This document shows, piece by piece, positions 9,592 through 19,992 of a stretch of 64,000 nucleotides of DNA. The notes beneath the pieces are model-generated. The model did not search any database, was not told the DNA's origin, and saw only the letters and a program-made list of their open reading frames with translations. Position numbers and translations under genes: made by a program. The first letter of the stretch is position 1, and each line of letters begins with the position of its first letter. The stretch is taken from NCBI GenBank assembly GCA_963669175.1, contig OY769902.1:2752001-2816000 (forward strand), written 5' to 3'. The stretch comes from a bacterium (GTDB lineage Bacteria; Electryoneota; Electryoneia; Electryoneales; Electryoneaceae).

Positions 9592-12500
9592 TTATAAGTC
9601 TGATTTGCGCTTTCTGATCTTTGGATTTTCCGGCAGATAGACATCTACCCTGGTTCCTTCACCGGGTTTGCTTGCTATGGTAATATCACCATCATGATTT
9701 CGAATAATCCCGTATACAGCGGCCATTCCCATGCCACGTCCGGCAAACTTGGTGGAAAACATGGGCTCAAAGATTCGTTTCAGAACTTCAGGAGGCATGC
9801 CGCAACCGTCATCCATCACGGTCAGATGAACATAGCTGCCCGGATCAACATCTATTGTATCCACCAGGTCACTTGAACTGAAGGATTGGTTGGTGGTTGA
9901 CAATGTAATTGTGCCTGCAGAAGAGATCGCTTCAATGCTGTTTCGGATAATATGCATGAACGCCATATGGATTTGTGATGAATCAGCAATAATTTCGTGC
10001 AGCTTTGGATCCAGCTCCAGATCAAACCGGATGTCATTGGAAGTGGCTTTTGCCAGCGAACGGTAAACATTTTCTACAACATTGTTTACATTTACATTAT
10101 TCAGCATGTACTTGCCCTGACGGGAGAAGGCAAGCATTTCCTGTGCAAGTATTCCGGCACGTTCTGCGGATTCAACAATCTCTACCAATAATTCTGTATC
10201 TTCCGATGAGCCTCGTAAATCCATTCGTAGTAGTTCAGCATTGCCCATGACACCTACCATCAGGTTGTTGATATCATGAGCCACACCACCGGCCAGAGTT
10301 GCGGTTGCTTCCAGCCTGTTTCTTTCCAGCGCTTCCTGTTGGGCGCGTCGCTGGTCCGTTATTTCCATGGCAACTTCAACAACATTTTTTACTACCCCTC
10401 GTGTATCTTTCAAAGGGTATGCGGTAAGAAACCAGATACGGTTTTCCGATGTAGTAACCTCAGAAGTCTCAATAGCGCCCGTCCTGAAGGATTTCGCAAC
10501 AGGGCAGTCAGTACATGGCTTTTCCGTGTGATACCACATCTCATAACAGTGCTTTCCACCAAGATCTTCTACCGACACGTCCACAGAGTCCGCCGCTGCA
10601 CGATTGGCCCAAAGAATCTCCATGTCCGGATTATAGAGAGCAACCAGTTCAGAAAGTGAATCAAGTATTGCAGTCTTTTCACGCTCGCTCTGGTGAAGCG
10701 CCCGCTGGGCTTCTTTCAGATCTGTCACATCCTGAACGAAGATGATACCCCCGTAAATGTCCTTATCTCTACCATACAATGGGGAGCTGACCAGCATATA
10801 GTCTTTTGACTGGATGGATCCTTCCAGAACTTTCTGATTTCCCAGAAGAGCTTCTTCACACAGCGGGAAAACACGTTCCAGGATATCATCAGGCAAGATG
10901 TCCTGAATATTCTGGTTCTGTAAAGTGGTTTTATCGAAACCTGCAACCTCGATTCCAGGGCCTTCCGCCAGCAGAATTTCAAAATCATGATTGAACAGGA
11001 ATGCGGCCGAACCGGGAATATTTGCCGCGAGGGTTCTGTATTTCTGCTCACTTTGCTGCAATTCACTGGCAACCTGGTCTCGCAACAAAGCGGCGCCTAT
11101 GGCAGCGGCTGAAGCTTTCAGAGCATCCAATTCAGGCGCGGACCAGATATACTCGTTGTGGATCGTAACAAAGCTGATAAATCCCCACCACTCATTGGCC
11201 TTGAAAACAGGCACAATGGCAAGGGATTTCGCCCTTGTCGTTTCCAAGATTTTCCGCTGTTCGCCAGGAAAATCTGATATTGCTCCATGAATAGCTTTGC
11301 CTGAAGACAATCTTCCAATCCAATCCATGAAGTGTTCGGCATTTTTCTCCATTATTGCGGAATCAAAAAGATCAGATTCTGACAATTCGGGATGTGACCA
11401 TACGTGTACTATTTCCGACATATGCCCCGTTAGTAGCGGGTCTGTCATTCTAACAATATGTACTTGAGAAGCGTTTGTCGCTTTCCCCATGTTTTCGAGT
11501 ACATCACCTACACAAGCATCAAAAGCTCCATGGCGCAGGAAGCATGTCGTCGTGAAACTGACAGCTTCTAGAATGGCATCCTTTCTTTCCAGCGCTTCCC
11601 TGTTTCTTTTCTGTTCCGTAATGTCTACAGAAACGGACAGTATGCCACGTTGCCCAAGCTGAAGCAGGATGGGAGTCTTTGTTGTCTGATACCATTGAAT
11701 GGTTCCTGGCTCAACGACATAGGATTCCTCTAACGTCGTTGTCTGCCCGGAATGGTATACTTTATCGTATATCTCATCTTCCTGTTCCAGTCGTGCCTGG
11801 TCTGTGAACAAATCACTTATATGTTGTCCAATAATCTGCCTGGGAGTCTGATTAAACAAATTGGCAAACGCCTTGTTTGCCATCATGATGCGTCCACCGG
11901 CATTCTTTACGAAAATGAGATTGGGATCTGTGTCAATCGTGTCAAGAATGAAACGACGTTCTTTTTCGAGCTGTTCTTCAACAAGCACCTGCTCGGTGAT
12001 TTCACGTGCAATTGTGCCAATTCGAAAACCTGCATCGGTTTTGATCAGGTAGGATCTTTGCTCAATATAACGGTGAGTGCCGTCAGGGTGAACAATGTGC
12101 AGTTTTAGCGCTTCACGATCCCAATCCGCTTCACCAGTCTTCAGACTTCTCAGTATCCTCTTGTGAATAATCTCTGTTGGCATCCGTTGGCTTCCGGGAG
12201 TGTTCAACATTGCGTGCATTTCCCAGACAGGCTTGCCAATGACCTCGTGATAAGGAATCCCAGTAATCCTTTCCTGGGCGGTATTCCATTCGAAGATGAT
12301 TCCATTCTCATCGGCCATGACCACACCTTCGGCCGTATGGGCGATCAGATCTCGATATTTCTTTTCGCTGTCACGTATTTTTTCTTCGTAGGCTTTCCTC
12401 TCAGAAGTGTCCCTTGTTACGCCAATGATATATTTCAGATTGCCATTGTGGTCAAAGAATGATGTTGCACGAATTTCTGCTGGAATGATATAACCATCTT

Positions 12501-13707
12501 TGTGAATGAGCTCTGTTTCCTGTGTAGCGTCCGGTCTCTCAGGTGTGAGAGCAGCAATATTCCGTCTTGTTAAAAGCGCAGACTCTTCGGTCATGGTGTC
12601 AATAATTGATATGTTTAATCCCTCTTCAACAGAATATCCCATCATTCTCTTTATCGAAGGACTAACGTACGAGAAACGACCATCCGCTTCCATCTGCCAG
12701 ACAACATCAAGCACGTTGTCAGTAATCAGACGATATCGGCTTTCGCTCTCTTCCAAAGACTGCTGTGCCAGTTTGTGTTCTGTAATATCTTCGGCAGTTC
12801 CTTCATAATACAGGATGTTTCCGTCTTCATCATAAACACAATGGGCGTTTTCCCGTACATAGATAGTTTTACCATTTTCATGCCGCCAGGCAGATTCAAG
12901 TCCCTTTATCTCGCCTTCAGCTTCGAGTTTCTTCTTGAATTCTTCGCGTGAATAGTCAGGATGATAAAATTTGGGGTTGGAAAGATCACGGCCTTTCATC
13001 GCCTCCTCAGACTTAAAGCCAAGAATCTTCCTTAGTGCAGGATTCTGTAATAGTATTTTCCCGTCAGGCGAAGTTCTGTACAGACCAATCGAAACATTTT
13101 CATAAAGCGTCCTCATTTTTTCTTCATTTTCCTGCAATTGTTGCTGGAGACGTGTTGATTGAGTCACATCCTGGATTACGCCTACGATTTTTACTACAGT
13201 ATCATTCTGGTCACAAAGCACCTTGGCGCTTACCTCAACGAAGTACTCCTCGCCATTTTTACTGATTCGTATTACATGAACGAATGATTCGCGCGTCTCC
13301 AGAAGATGCAATACTGCTTTTTTGATGTCTGGCCAATCGGCAGGGTGGACCAGTTGTTGGAAATCTTCAAGCTTCTCTGGTGGGTGGCCAAACTCTTCGC
13401 CATATACCCTGGAAAGTCCTTTTGACCAGATTCTCTCACCTGAAGTTAAATCAAAACAAAAAGTTCCAACCTTTGCAACATGTAGGGCGTCTTCAAGCCA
13501 GCTCGGCGGAAGGGCGTTAAAGGAGGTAGGTGACGACGGAGTACGAACCGTACTGGTATCTAGTCTGGATTCCAGTTGCCTGATTCTATCCCTGGCAGCA
13601 AGAAGCTCTGCTTTCAGCTCCTGCTTGCTTTTTTTATCTGTGTTCAACCGCAACCTCTCCACAAAGGTTGTGGAATTGGCATCGCTTAATGAGTCCAGGA
13701 TCTGCAA
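9592..13707 (-). CDS. cytoplasmic multi-PAS/GAF sensor histidine kinase
   Basis: Repeated PAS/PAC ends (QDVTQ, EDITEHK, RDTSERK, REITEQ, VDITEQK, MEITDQR), a GAF-like segment, H-box AGGVAHDINN, DDGCGM, FSTKFAGRGMGM; start uncertain. Confidence 0.92.
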   Translation of the reverse strand: MQILDSLSDANSTTFVERLRLNTDKKSKQELKAELLAARDRIRQLESRLDTSTVRTPSSPTSFNALPPSWLEDALHVAKVGTFCFDLTSGERIWSKGLSRVYGEEFGHPPEKLEDFQQLVHPADWPDIKKAVLHLLETRESFVHVIRISKNGEEYFVEVSAKVLCDQNDTVVKIVGVIQDVTQSTRLQQQLQENEEKMRTLYENVSIGLYRTSPDGKILLQNPALRKILGFKSEEAMKGRDLSNPKFYHPDYSREEFKKKLEAEGEIKGLESAWRHENGKTIYVRENAHCVYDEDGNILYYEGTAEDITEHKLAQQSLEESESRYRLITDNVLDVVWQMEADGRFSYVSPSIKRMMGYSVEEGLNISIIDTMTEESALLTRRNIAALTPERPDATQETELIHKDGYIIPAEIRATSFFDHNGNLKYIIGVTRDTSERKAYEEKIRDSEKKYRDLIAHTAEGVVMADENGIIFEWNTAQERITGIPYHEVIGKPVWEMHAMLNTPGSQRMPTEIIHKRILRSLKTGEADWDREALKLHIVHPDGTHRYIEQRSYLIKTDAGFRIGTIAREITEQVLVEEQLEKERRFILDTIDTDPNLIFVKNAGGRIMMANKAFANLFNQTPRQIIGQHISDLFTDQARLEQEDEIYDKVYHSGQTTTLEESYVVEPGTIQWYQTTKTPILLQLGQRGILSVSVDITEQKRNREALERKDAILEAVSFTTTCFLRHGAFDACVGDVLENMGKATNASQVHIVRMTDPLLTGHMSEIVHVWSHPELSESDLFDSAIMEKNAEHFMDWIGRLSSGKAIHGAISDFPGEQRKILETTRAKSLAIVPVFKANEWWGFISFVTIHNEYIWSAPELDALKASAAAIGAALLRDQVASELQQSEQKYRTLAANIPGSAAFLFNHDFEILLAEGPGIEVAGFDKTTLQNQNIQDILPDDILERVFPLCEEALLGNQKVLEGSIQSKDYMLVSSPLYGRDKDIYGGIIFVQDVTDLKEAQRALHQSEREKTAILDSLSELVALYNPDMEILWANRAAADSVDVSVEDLGGKHCYEMWYHTEKPCTDCPVAKSFRTGAIETSEVTTSENRIWFLTAYPLKDTRGVVKNVVEVAMEITDQRRAQQEALERNRLEATATLAGGVAHDINNLMVGVMGNAELLRMDLRGSSEDTELLVEIVESAERAGILAQEMLAFSRQGKYMLNNVNVNNVVENVYRSLAKATSNDIRFDLELDPKLHEIIADSSQIHMAFMHIIRNSIEAISSAGTITLSTTNQSFSSSDLVDTIDVDPGSYVHLTVMDDGCGMPPEVLKRIFEPMFSTKFAGRGMGMAAVYGIIRNHDGDITIASKPGEGTRVDVYLPENPKIRKRKSDL

Positions 13708-13924
13708 AGAAAAAACGAAGAGTGACCTGGATCACACATATTTTAACCCTACCTACTAAACATAGATATAATTGCCGATAAATACAACATGTTGTCAGCG
13801 TAAAAAATTGGCATGAGTGGTATTAAAAATTGCAATTGTCATACTCGAATATCGTGCCTGTCTTCCTATTCTTTTGTTAGTCAAACTGCTGCTGGATAGT
13901 ACATGTCAAATTTTAATATTACAA

Positions 13925-13957
13925 AAAGACACACAACAAAATATGCCGTGTGTCTTT
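13925..13957 (-). terminator. probable terminator after the M16 peptidase gene
   Basis: aaagacacac...gtgtgtcttt inverted repeat; A-tract on the + strand reads as a U-tract on the - strand. Confidence 0.5.
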
Positions 13958-13981
13958 GAAATTACTCTTTTCGAGCAAGCG

Positions 13982-16621
13982 TCACATTCCGCCCATCCCA
14001 CGCATCATTCCGCCGGGCATCCCGCGAGAGGGTTGTTCACCCGGTTCTGGTTTCCCGAGTACCGTGACCCGGCTATTTGCAGACGCGAGGTATTGCCGGG
14101 CAACTTTGCGCACATCTTCAAGAGTGAGTTGTTGTGTTTGTTCATAGACGTTCCAGGTGTCCAACGGATTATTCCAGTAAAAAGCATCAACACCCAGCGC
14201 CATCGCCAGGTTTATACGGCTGGAATAGCGACGCAAGGTTTTCCCCAGGACTGACTGACGAGCGACTTCAAAGCGGTTCTCATCGAAATCACCGTCAGCG
14301 ATACGTTTCAGGTGTTCATACACAGCCGTTTCCGATTCTTGCAGATGTTCTTCCGGAAGTCCCATGGACACTGTCCAGGCGCCCCAGCCGGGACGCAGAT
14401 ACAGGCTGCTTCCGGCGCCATAGGCCCAACCTTTCTTCTCTCCAAGGTCACGATAGATCAGGTCTGAAACCATTGCGTTGGCAACAATCAGCGCGGCTCT
14501 GTCTTCTTCACGAATCTTGGGGATGAGAAATCCAGAGGCGAGATAACCCTGTCTTCCTGAACCGGTCACTTCGTACTGGCCGGGTTCAGATACCGGTGCA
14601 ACCTGATTCACGGCAACATCCGCTTCAGGCAGGTTTTTAAATGCTTTCGCTGTTGCTTCAAATACTTCTTCCGGGGACGCCGGGCTGACAACGCTTACGA
14701 TGAGGTTATTGCCGGCAAAATAGCGTTTGGCGAAAGTTTTAACCGATTTGGGAGACGCGCCTTCGAGTGCGGAAGTGTCGCCACCATAGACACCTGCCGC
14801 TAGTGGGGCAGGGCCGAACAGTTTATCCTTAAATAGCTGACCTGCTTCTGAGGAAAGCTTGCCTTTGCCTTGTTGGATAATGCCTTCGATTTCTGTAACC
14901 GTCGCAGTAATTGTATCCTCTGAAGGATCAAGTCGGGCAAACAATTTGCCCATCATTTCCAGCGCAGAACGCCATCGTTCGGCTACTACTTCTACACGAA
15001 TAAAGCTGTATTCCGGGGTTGTCCGGTAATTGTCGAACGGCACCCGTGGATCATCTACGGTTGAAACATCCATTCCAATATCATCGAACAGTTTTTTCAA
15101 GCTGTCAGCGCTGATATCATCATAGCTGTTCAACAGGAGACGATGCAGCAGGTCGGCCCAGCCCCTGTGTGAATCTTCAAGCAAGGCGCGATTTCGCGCA
15201 ACGATGTGAATCCCGGCTACCGGAGCGCCTTTCACCTGCCTGGCATAAACCGCGAGTCCATTGGACGGGAGGATGGAAGCTTCAACCGAGCCCATCATAA
15301 TCCCGGCGCTTTCCGACTCCTCGCTTCGAGGCAGGTAAACACTGGCAACAAAAAGCGGATCGGTAAACCAGCGCATGGCGATTGTACCGGCTTCATCGGG
15401 AGTGACATCTCCACGATGTGAGTCGATGATTTCCCAGTAAGGATAAGGCGCTACCGCAAGTTTGGGAACCAGCAGGAAAGAGCCATATTGTACCTGTTCT
15501 GAGAAGAACAACTCTTCACGCAACATGCTCTCATGAGTGCGGATCAGTTCCGCTTCACTGTAGTCAAGCTGGGATAATTCTTTTACCGCAGCGATGATAT
15601 CGTCAACAACGCTTTGCGCATCCGCACCCTGCATCAGGCCAGCCTGTATATCCAGTACGCTGAAACCGGGATCTACGGTTGTGGAAGAATAGACATAGGT
15701 GATACGGGGCATGCCCGGTCCGCGAAGTTTTTCTTCCAGGAGATTATCCAGGTAATTGCTGATGAGTTGGAATGCAGGATAGTCCGGCGATTCATAGGAG
15801 GGGGCAGGTATGGAGACAAAGACCGTACCACTGTTCACATCGCCATACGTATAGAATGTTCTGCCTGCGCGCCAGTTTTCAAAACCGACCGGCCAGCTTT
15901 CCGGACGTGCCGGGAGTTTTCGTGCCGGTTCACTTCCATAAATCTCACGGGCCAGGTTTTCCATTTCCGAATAGGTCAGGTCACCTTTCAGAACCAGCGT
16001 CATGTTGTTGGTAGTATACCAGTCATCATGGAATTGTTTTACAGCATCACGGGAAAGTGCGGTAATGCCACTGACAGAGCCGAGGGTCGGGAATCCGTAG
16101 GGAGTGTCACCGTAAACATGCTGAATATGCGCAATTTCTGCCGGATATGTTGCCCGGTTATGGCTTTGCTGGATTTCTGCGATCACACGTCCCTTTTCTA
16201 CAAGGTATGTATCTGCCGGAACGGTGGAATGGAGGATCATATCGGCCTGTATTGCCATGGCATTGGCAGCGTGTTCCTTTGGGACGACCAGGATGTAATT
16301 TGTGTAAGTCTTGCTGGTTTGGGCGTTGTAATACGCTCCCATCAGATCCATGCCATCATAGATTTCGCCCTGGGTGCGTGTTTCCGTACCGCGAAACATC
16401 ATATGCTCCAGCATATGAGTCGCACCGGCGGTCGATAAATCTTCGTAAGATGAACCGGTTTTTACGATCACCAGGCTGGAAAGCAGGGGGGAAGACGCAT
16501 CCGGCATCATAACGACATCCAGGCCGTTTTCAAGAGTGATGGTGCGTACTTCACCGGCCGACGCCAGAGAGAAGCTCAGAATCAGGATGGCCAGAACGAG
16601 CATGAATGAACGGGATTGCAT
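13982..16621 (-). CDS. M16 family (insulinase/PqqL-like) exported zinc peptidase
   Basis: Signal peptide, HxxEH (HMLEHMMFRGT), NAQTS, distal Glu (EKGRVIAEI), two-lobed architecture; RBS ggagaa before ATG 16621. Confidence 0.9.
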   Translation of the reverse strand: MQSRSFMLVLAILILSFSLASAGEVRTITLENGLDVVMMPDASSPLLSSLVIVKTGSSYEDLSTAGATHMLEHMMFRGTETRTQGEIYDGMDLMGAYYNAQTSKTYTNYILVVPKEHAANAMAIQADMILHSTVPADTYLVEKGRVIAEIQQSHNRATYPAEIAHIQHVYGDTPYGFPTLGSVSGITALSRDAVKQFHDDWYTTNNMTLVLKGDLTYSEMENLAREIYGSEPARKLPARPESWPVGFENWRAGRTFYTYGDVNSGTVFVSIPAPSYESPDYPAFQLISNYLDNLLEEKLRGPGMPRITYVYSSTTVDPGFSVLDIQAGLMQGADAQSVVDDIIAAVKELSQLDYSEAELIRTHESMLREELFFSEQVQYGSFLLVPKLAVAPYPYWEIIDSHRGDVTPDEAGTIAMRWFTDPLFVASVYLPRSEESESAGIMMGSVEASILPSNGLAVYARQVKGAPVAGIHIVARNRALLEDSHRGWADLLHRLLLNSYDDISADSLKKLFDDIGMDVSTVDDPRVPFDNYRTTPEYSFIRVEVVAERWRSALEMMGKLFARLDPSEDTITATVTEIEGIIQQGKGKLSSEAGQLFKDKLFGPAPLAAGVYGGDTSALEGASPKSVKTFAKRYFAGNNLIVSVVSPASPEEVFEATAKAFKNLPEADVAVNQVAPVSEPGQYEVTGSGRQGYLASGFLIPKIREEDRAALIVANAMVSDLIYRDLGEKKGWAYGAGSSLYLRPGWGAWTVSMGLPEEHLQESETAVYEHLKRIADGDFDENRFEVARQSVLGKTLRRYSSRINLAMALGVDAFYWNNPLDTWNVYEQTQQLTLEDVRKVARQYLASANSRVTVLGKPEPGEQPSRGMPGGMMRGMGGM

Positions 16622-16695
16622 GATGTTCTCCGTGTTTCTCGCTGTTGACATACAGGATAAATTAGATGCTGAATAAATTGTTTTGATGCTGCTTG

Positions 16696-17766
16696 TCAAT
16701 CGCTCATAATGTGGCGAATCAGGTTGTCGATATCATCACTGTTTCCCAGCAACAACACCCGATCATTTTCTTCAAACACAGAAGTGCCATCGGGTTGCAT
16801 GACAATGTCCCCATTTTCACGTTTGATTGCCATAATCTGCACCTTGGCCAGGTCTCTTCGCAGGTCGGCTTGCCGGATCGTTTGCCCGATCAAGCGTGCG
16901 TTTGGCGGGAGGTGCAGTTCCTGCATCTCATATTTGTTGCCAAAATGATTCATGAAGAGGTCGAAAAATTCAACCAGGCTCGGTTTCAAAGCGAGCGATA
17001 CCATGCGTTGAGCGCCCATGGAGAAGGGAAGCTCCACACGGTCGGCGCCAGCGCGTTTTAATCGGTCTTTACTCCTGGAATCAACACCTCGGGCAATAAT
17101 CGTGATGTTCGGATTCAGGCTGCGAGCTGTAATTGTGACCATGACATTTCCCGACTCACCGGTAAGGGCGGTAATCAGGGCGGCAGCTCGGTGAATCCCG
17201 GCTTCCTCGAGGGTCTCATCTTCTGCTGCATCTCCGCTCAGAATGAGGTAGTCCTTTGCCAGGGCGTGTTCCACCTGCGCGGGGTCACGTTCGATGATGC
17301 AAAAGTCAACATTGGATCTGGCCAGTTCTTCTGCCGCTTCGCTTCCAAGTTTACCGTACCCGGCCAGGATAACATGATCACGAAGTTTTTCGAGACGTTT
17401 CTGCATGCGTCGGCCCCGTAGTCTGGCTAAAAGTTCACCGCTGACAATATAGGAAGTGATCGTTGTTAGTGACATACCGCCAATTGTAATGCCTGAAATA
17501 ATAAGGAATACAGTCAGGATTCGACCACTGTCGTCCAGGGGGATAACTTCACCGTACCCAACCGTACTCAGGGTGATAATGGTCATGTAGAAGGAAGGGA
17601 GGAATTCGGCATCTTCAAAGTACATGTACCCGGCTGTTCCGATGACCATAACCATCGCAAGGGCGGATAGATGCGGGACAAGCTTACGGCGCAGGCTTCC
17701 GCCGGCGCCGGGCACATGCCGAAAATTCCTGGTTGAAAAGGTAAGGTAGTCCAGATGTAATTTCAT
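16696..17766 (-). CDS. potassium channel with RCK (TrkA-N/TrkA-C) domains
   Basis: Selectivity filter TLSTVGYG; GYGKLG Rossmann motif; GDAAEDETLEEAGI. Confidence 0.93.
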   Translation of the reverse strand: MKLHLDYLTFSTRNFRHVPGAGGSLRRKLVPHLSALAMVMVIGTAGYMYFEDAEFLPSFYMTIITLSTVGYGEVIPLDDSGRILTVFLIISGITIGGMSLTTITSYIVSGELLARLRGRRMQKRLEKLRDHVILAGYGKLGSEAAEELARSNVDFCIIERDPAQVEHALAKDYLILSGDAAEDETLEEAGIHRAAALITALTGESGNVMVTITARSLNPNITIIARGVDSRSKDRLKRAGADRVELPFSMGAQRMVSLALKPSLVEFFDLFMNHFGNKYEMQELHLPPNARLIGQTIRQADLRRDLAKVQIMAIKRENGDIVMQPDGTSVFEENDRVLLLGNSDDIDNLIRHIMSD

Positions 17767-17873
17767 GGATAACCACCACCCCGTGGCTGTTCAGTTTGAA
17801 TGCCGCATGTTTGCGTCAAATATAGAACAGCCCCGGGTTGGAATCCACCAAACAGAATAAAAAAGCGTGCAAA

Positions 17874-19787
17874 CTAGGCGAGCGCTTTCATCACGCGTTC
17901 GTGAACCACATGTCCATACTCACGCCCTGCCAGCTTGTCCATAGCATAACTCATGGACAGGATTTCGTGCAATTCCGGTTTCTGGGGCCGTTCTGTACGT
18001 GCATATTTTACTGCTTCTTCAACGATGGCGTCTATTTCCGGATCGGATATTTCGATCCAGCCATTGTTCGTCAACAAGGTATCAAAAGGCACTTCAGGGG
18101 CTTCACACCAGGCGCTGACAAGATCAAACCAGATTTCACGTTTGGCTGTCCCGTTTGCAACTGCCTGCAGGAGTTGTTCCCAGTGCGCTTCGGTCATCAG
18201 GTTGACATCGACATCTTCACGCTTCAGATATGTACGAAGCCGGGTCAACACTTCCGCAGCGCGCATGGGTGGCACCTTGTACTCGTTGACAGCTTTCTCG
18301 AACATCCCGGCAAAGGGACTGATCGACAGGGTGCGCGCCATGTCTTCTGCGATTTCCAGCTCGAGGTATCGCGCTTCACGATCCCACGGTAATTCAGGAA
18401 CACGTTTCGCGGCCCGCTCGATACGGTCAGGTGTGACTTCCTTGGGGGCAGAGTCGGTATCGGGATACATACGATCTGCGCCGGGTAGCACACGTTCAAA
18501 GTCAGTCGTATTATCGCGCATCGCCTGACGGGTTTCGTTCGGTACGCCGGAGATGGCTTCATCCCAACGGATGAGAATTTCATTTGCGGCAGTAATCGTA
18601 TCCTCGTCCGGTCCCCAGACTGCCAGCACACTGTCATCCGCTGTGCAACCGGTGAAGTTGCAGAGGGCGTCCATATCATGCTGGTCGAGACCGCCGGTTT
18701 CGCCATCGGTATGCAGGATGTTCGGAACCTGGTCCAGGCATGCAATCACGCGCACACGACCACCGAGATCGTCCACGAAACGACGATTGCCGGTCAATGT
18801 ATGAGAAACGAGATCCTTTGATTTTGGGAGCTTGATCAGGCGGACAGTGTCGCCTGCTGCCAGCGCGGCCTGGAGCATGGGATGGTTCAGGGAAGAACTG
18901 TCGCCCTGCCAGACAAATACATCACCGGGACGGTCGCCCGGTTGGAAGCCACGCTTCTGTAATTCTGCGGCTATCTTCAGCAGGGATTCCTGTCTGCGGG
19001 CTTCGTGAGCGGTCATTTCCGGGATGCGCGGGAAACGCGGGACACCCTTGATTTCTACACGGGTGGAGCCTTCGATGCTGACATTCACATCCTGACGTCC
19101 GGCGCCGATACCACGGCGAACCAGTCCGGTTGCACGAAGCAGGCGACTGATGCGTTCAACACCTTCGGCCGCTTCTTCGGGAGTCTCGAACTGCTTTTCG
19201 GTCACCACTTCGATAAGCGGCATGCCAAGACGGTCAGCGGCGAATATGATACGGTGGCCGACATCGGCGATTTCACGGCAGGCATCTTCTTCCAGACCGA
19301 TCTGGATAACACGAACTTCCTTGCCATTCGCGAGCGGCAGGACACCATCGACACCGATGATGCAGGTACGCTGGAAACCGGTCGGAATGGAACCATCCAG
19401 ATACTGCTTACGGATAATGTGAATTTCGCCGACGATCTTGCACTTGAAAGCGAGCGCGATGGTCAGGGCAATATCAACCGCTTCATCATCAATCGGGAAC
19501 GGCGGGTTATCATCCATCTCATAGGTGCAGACTACGTCGCGATGGAGACGGTAGATGATTTCCTTTTTGGTCTTGAACTCCATGAGCGCAGTACCGTCAT
19601 ACACCCCCAGTTCGCTCATGGTCGGGCGCATGTGACGCAATACTTCGGAATGCCAGGTGTCGTGGTATTGCCCAGCAGGACATCGGCAAAAGAGTTTTCT
19701 CTTGGTGTCGATCTGATGGTGAATTTCAACGCCGCACTTGAATCCAAGCGCTTTCCAGTCTTCTGCAGTGCCCAGGATGTTGCTCAT
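17874..19787 (-). CDS. gatE: Glu-tRNA(Gln) amidotransferase subunit GatE (archaeal type)
   Basis: GFKCGVEIHHQIDTKRKLFCRCP, RKQYLDGSIPTGFQRT, LEEDACR, DRLGMPLIEV, RGIGAGRQDVNVSI, RVEIKGV, VPNETRQA, RVLPGADRMYPDTD; 637 aa with the GatE-type insertion that GatB lacks. Confidence 0.92.
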   Translation of the reverse strand: MSNILGTAEDWKALGFKCGVEIHHQIDTKRKLFCRCPAGQYHDTWHSEVLRHMRPTMSELGVYDGTALMEFKTKKEIIYRLHRDVVCTYEMDDNPPFPIDDEAVDIALTIALAFKCKIVGEIHIIRKQYLDGSIPTGFQRTCIIGVDGVLPLANGKEVRVIQIGLEEDACREIADVGHRIIFAADRLGMPLIEVVTEKQFETPEEAAEGVERISRLLRATGLVRRGIGAGRQDVNVSIEGSTRVEIKGVPRFPRIPEMTAHEARRQESLLKIAAELQKRGFQPGDRPGDVFVWQGDSSSLNHPMLQAALAAGDTVRLIKLPKSKDLVSHTLTGNRRFVDDLGGRVRVIACLDQVPNILHTDGETGGLDQHDMDALCNFTGCTADDSVLAVWGPDEDTITAANEILIRWDEAISGVPNETRQAMRDNTTDFERVLPGADRMYPDTDSAPKEVTPDRIERAAKRVPELPWDREARYLELEIAEDMARTLSISPFAGMFEKAVNEYKVPPMRAAEVLTRLRTYLKREDVDVNLMTEAHWEQLLQAVANGTAKREIWFDLVSAWCEAPEVPFDTLLTNNGWIEISDPEIDAIVEEAVKYARTERPQKPELHEILSMSYAMDKLAGREYGHVVHERVMKALA

Positions 19788-19992
19788 GTTCGTTACCCAC
19801 TCGTTTTACTGCCAAACCTCAATAATAGAGGTTTTTGACCATTTAGGATTGGTAGACCGGAAGATATCGAAAAAAGGTAGCGGGACAACATAGTTAGTCT
19901 CGGTTACTCCCGGAGAGCGCAAAGGCATTTTTGTTTTATTGCAATTGGGTATCACGCTTGCTGTCCGGGAAAAGCTGGACTACTTTAATAAC

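Noticed and set aside
13757-13781. Sigma-28-like TAAA...GCCGATAA
   Set aside because: The spacer is 13 nt rather than about 15, and it points antisense to the flanking minus-strand genes.
17874-19787. Annotation as ordinary gatB
   Set aside because: The length, the central insertion and the motifs are GatE-type; the GatB-type YFYPD and SLRxDxN motifs are absent.
19946-19962. GG-N10-GC sigma-54-like site before the secreted protein pair
   Set aside because: The -24 box (GGTAT) is a weak match and there is no supporting context.
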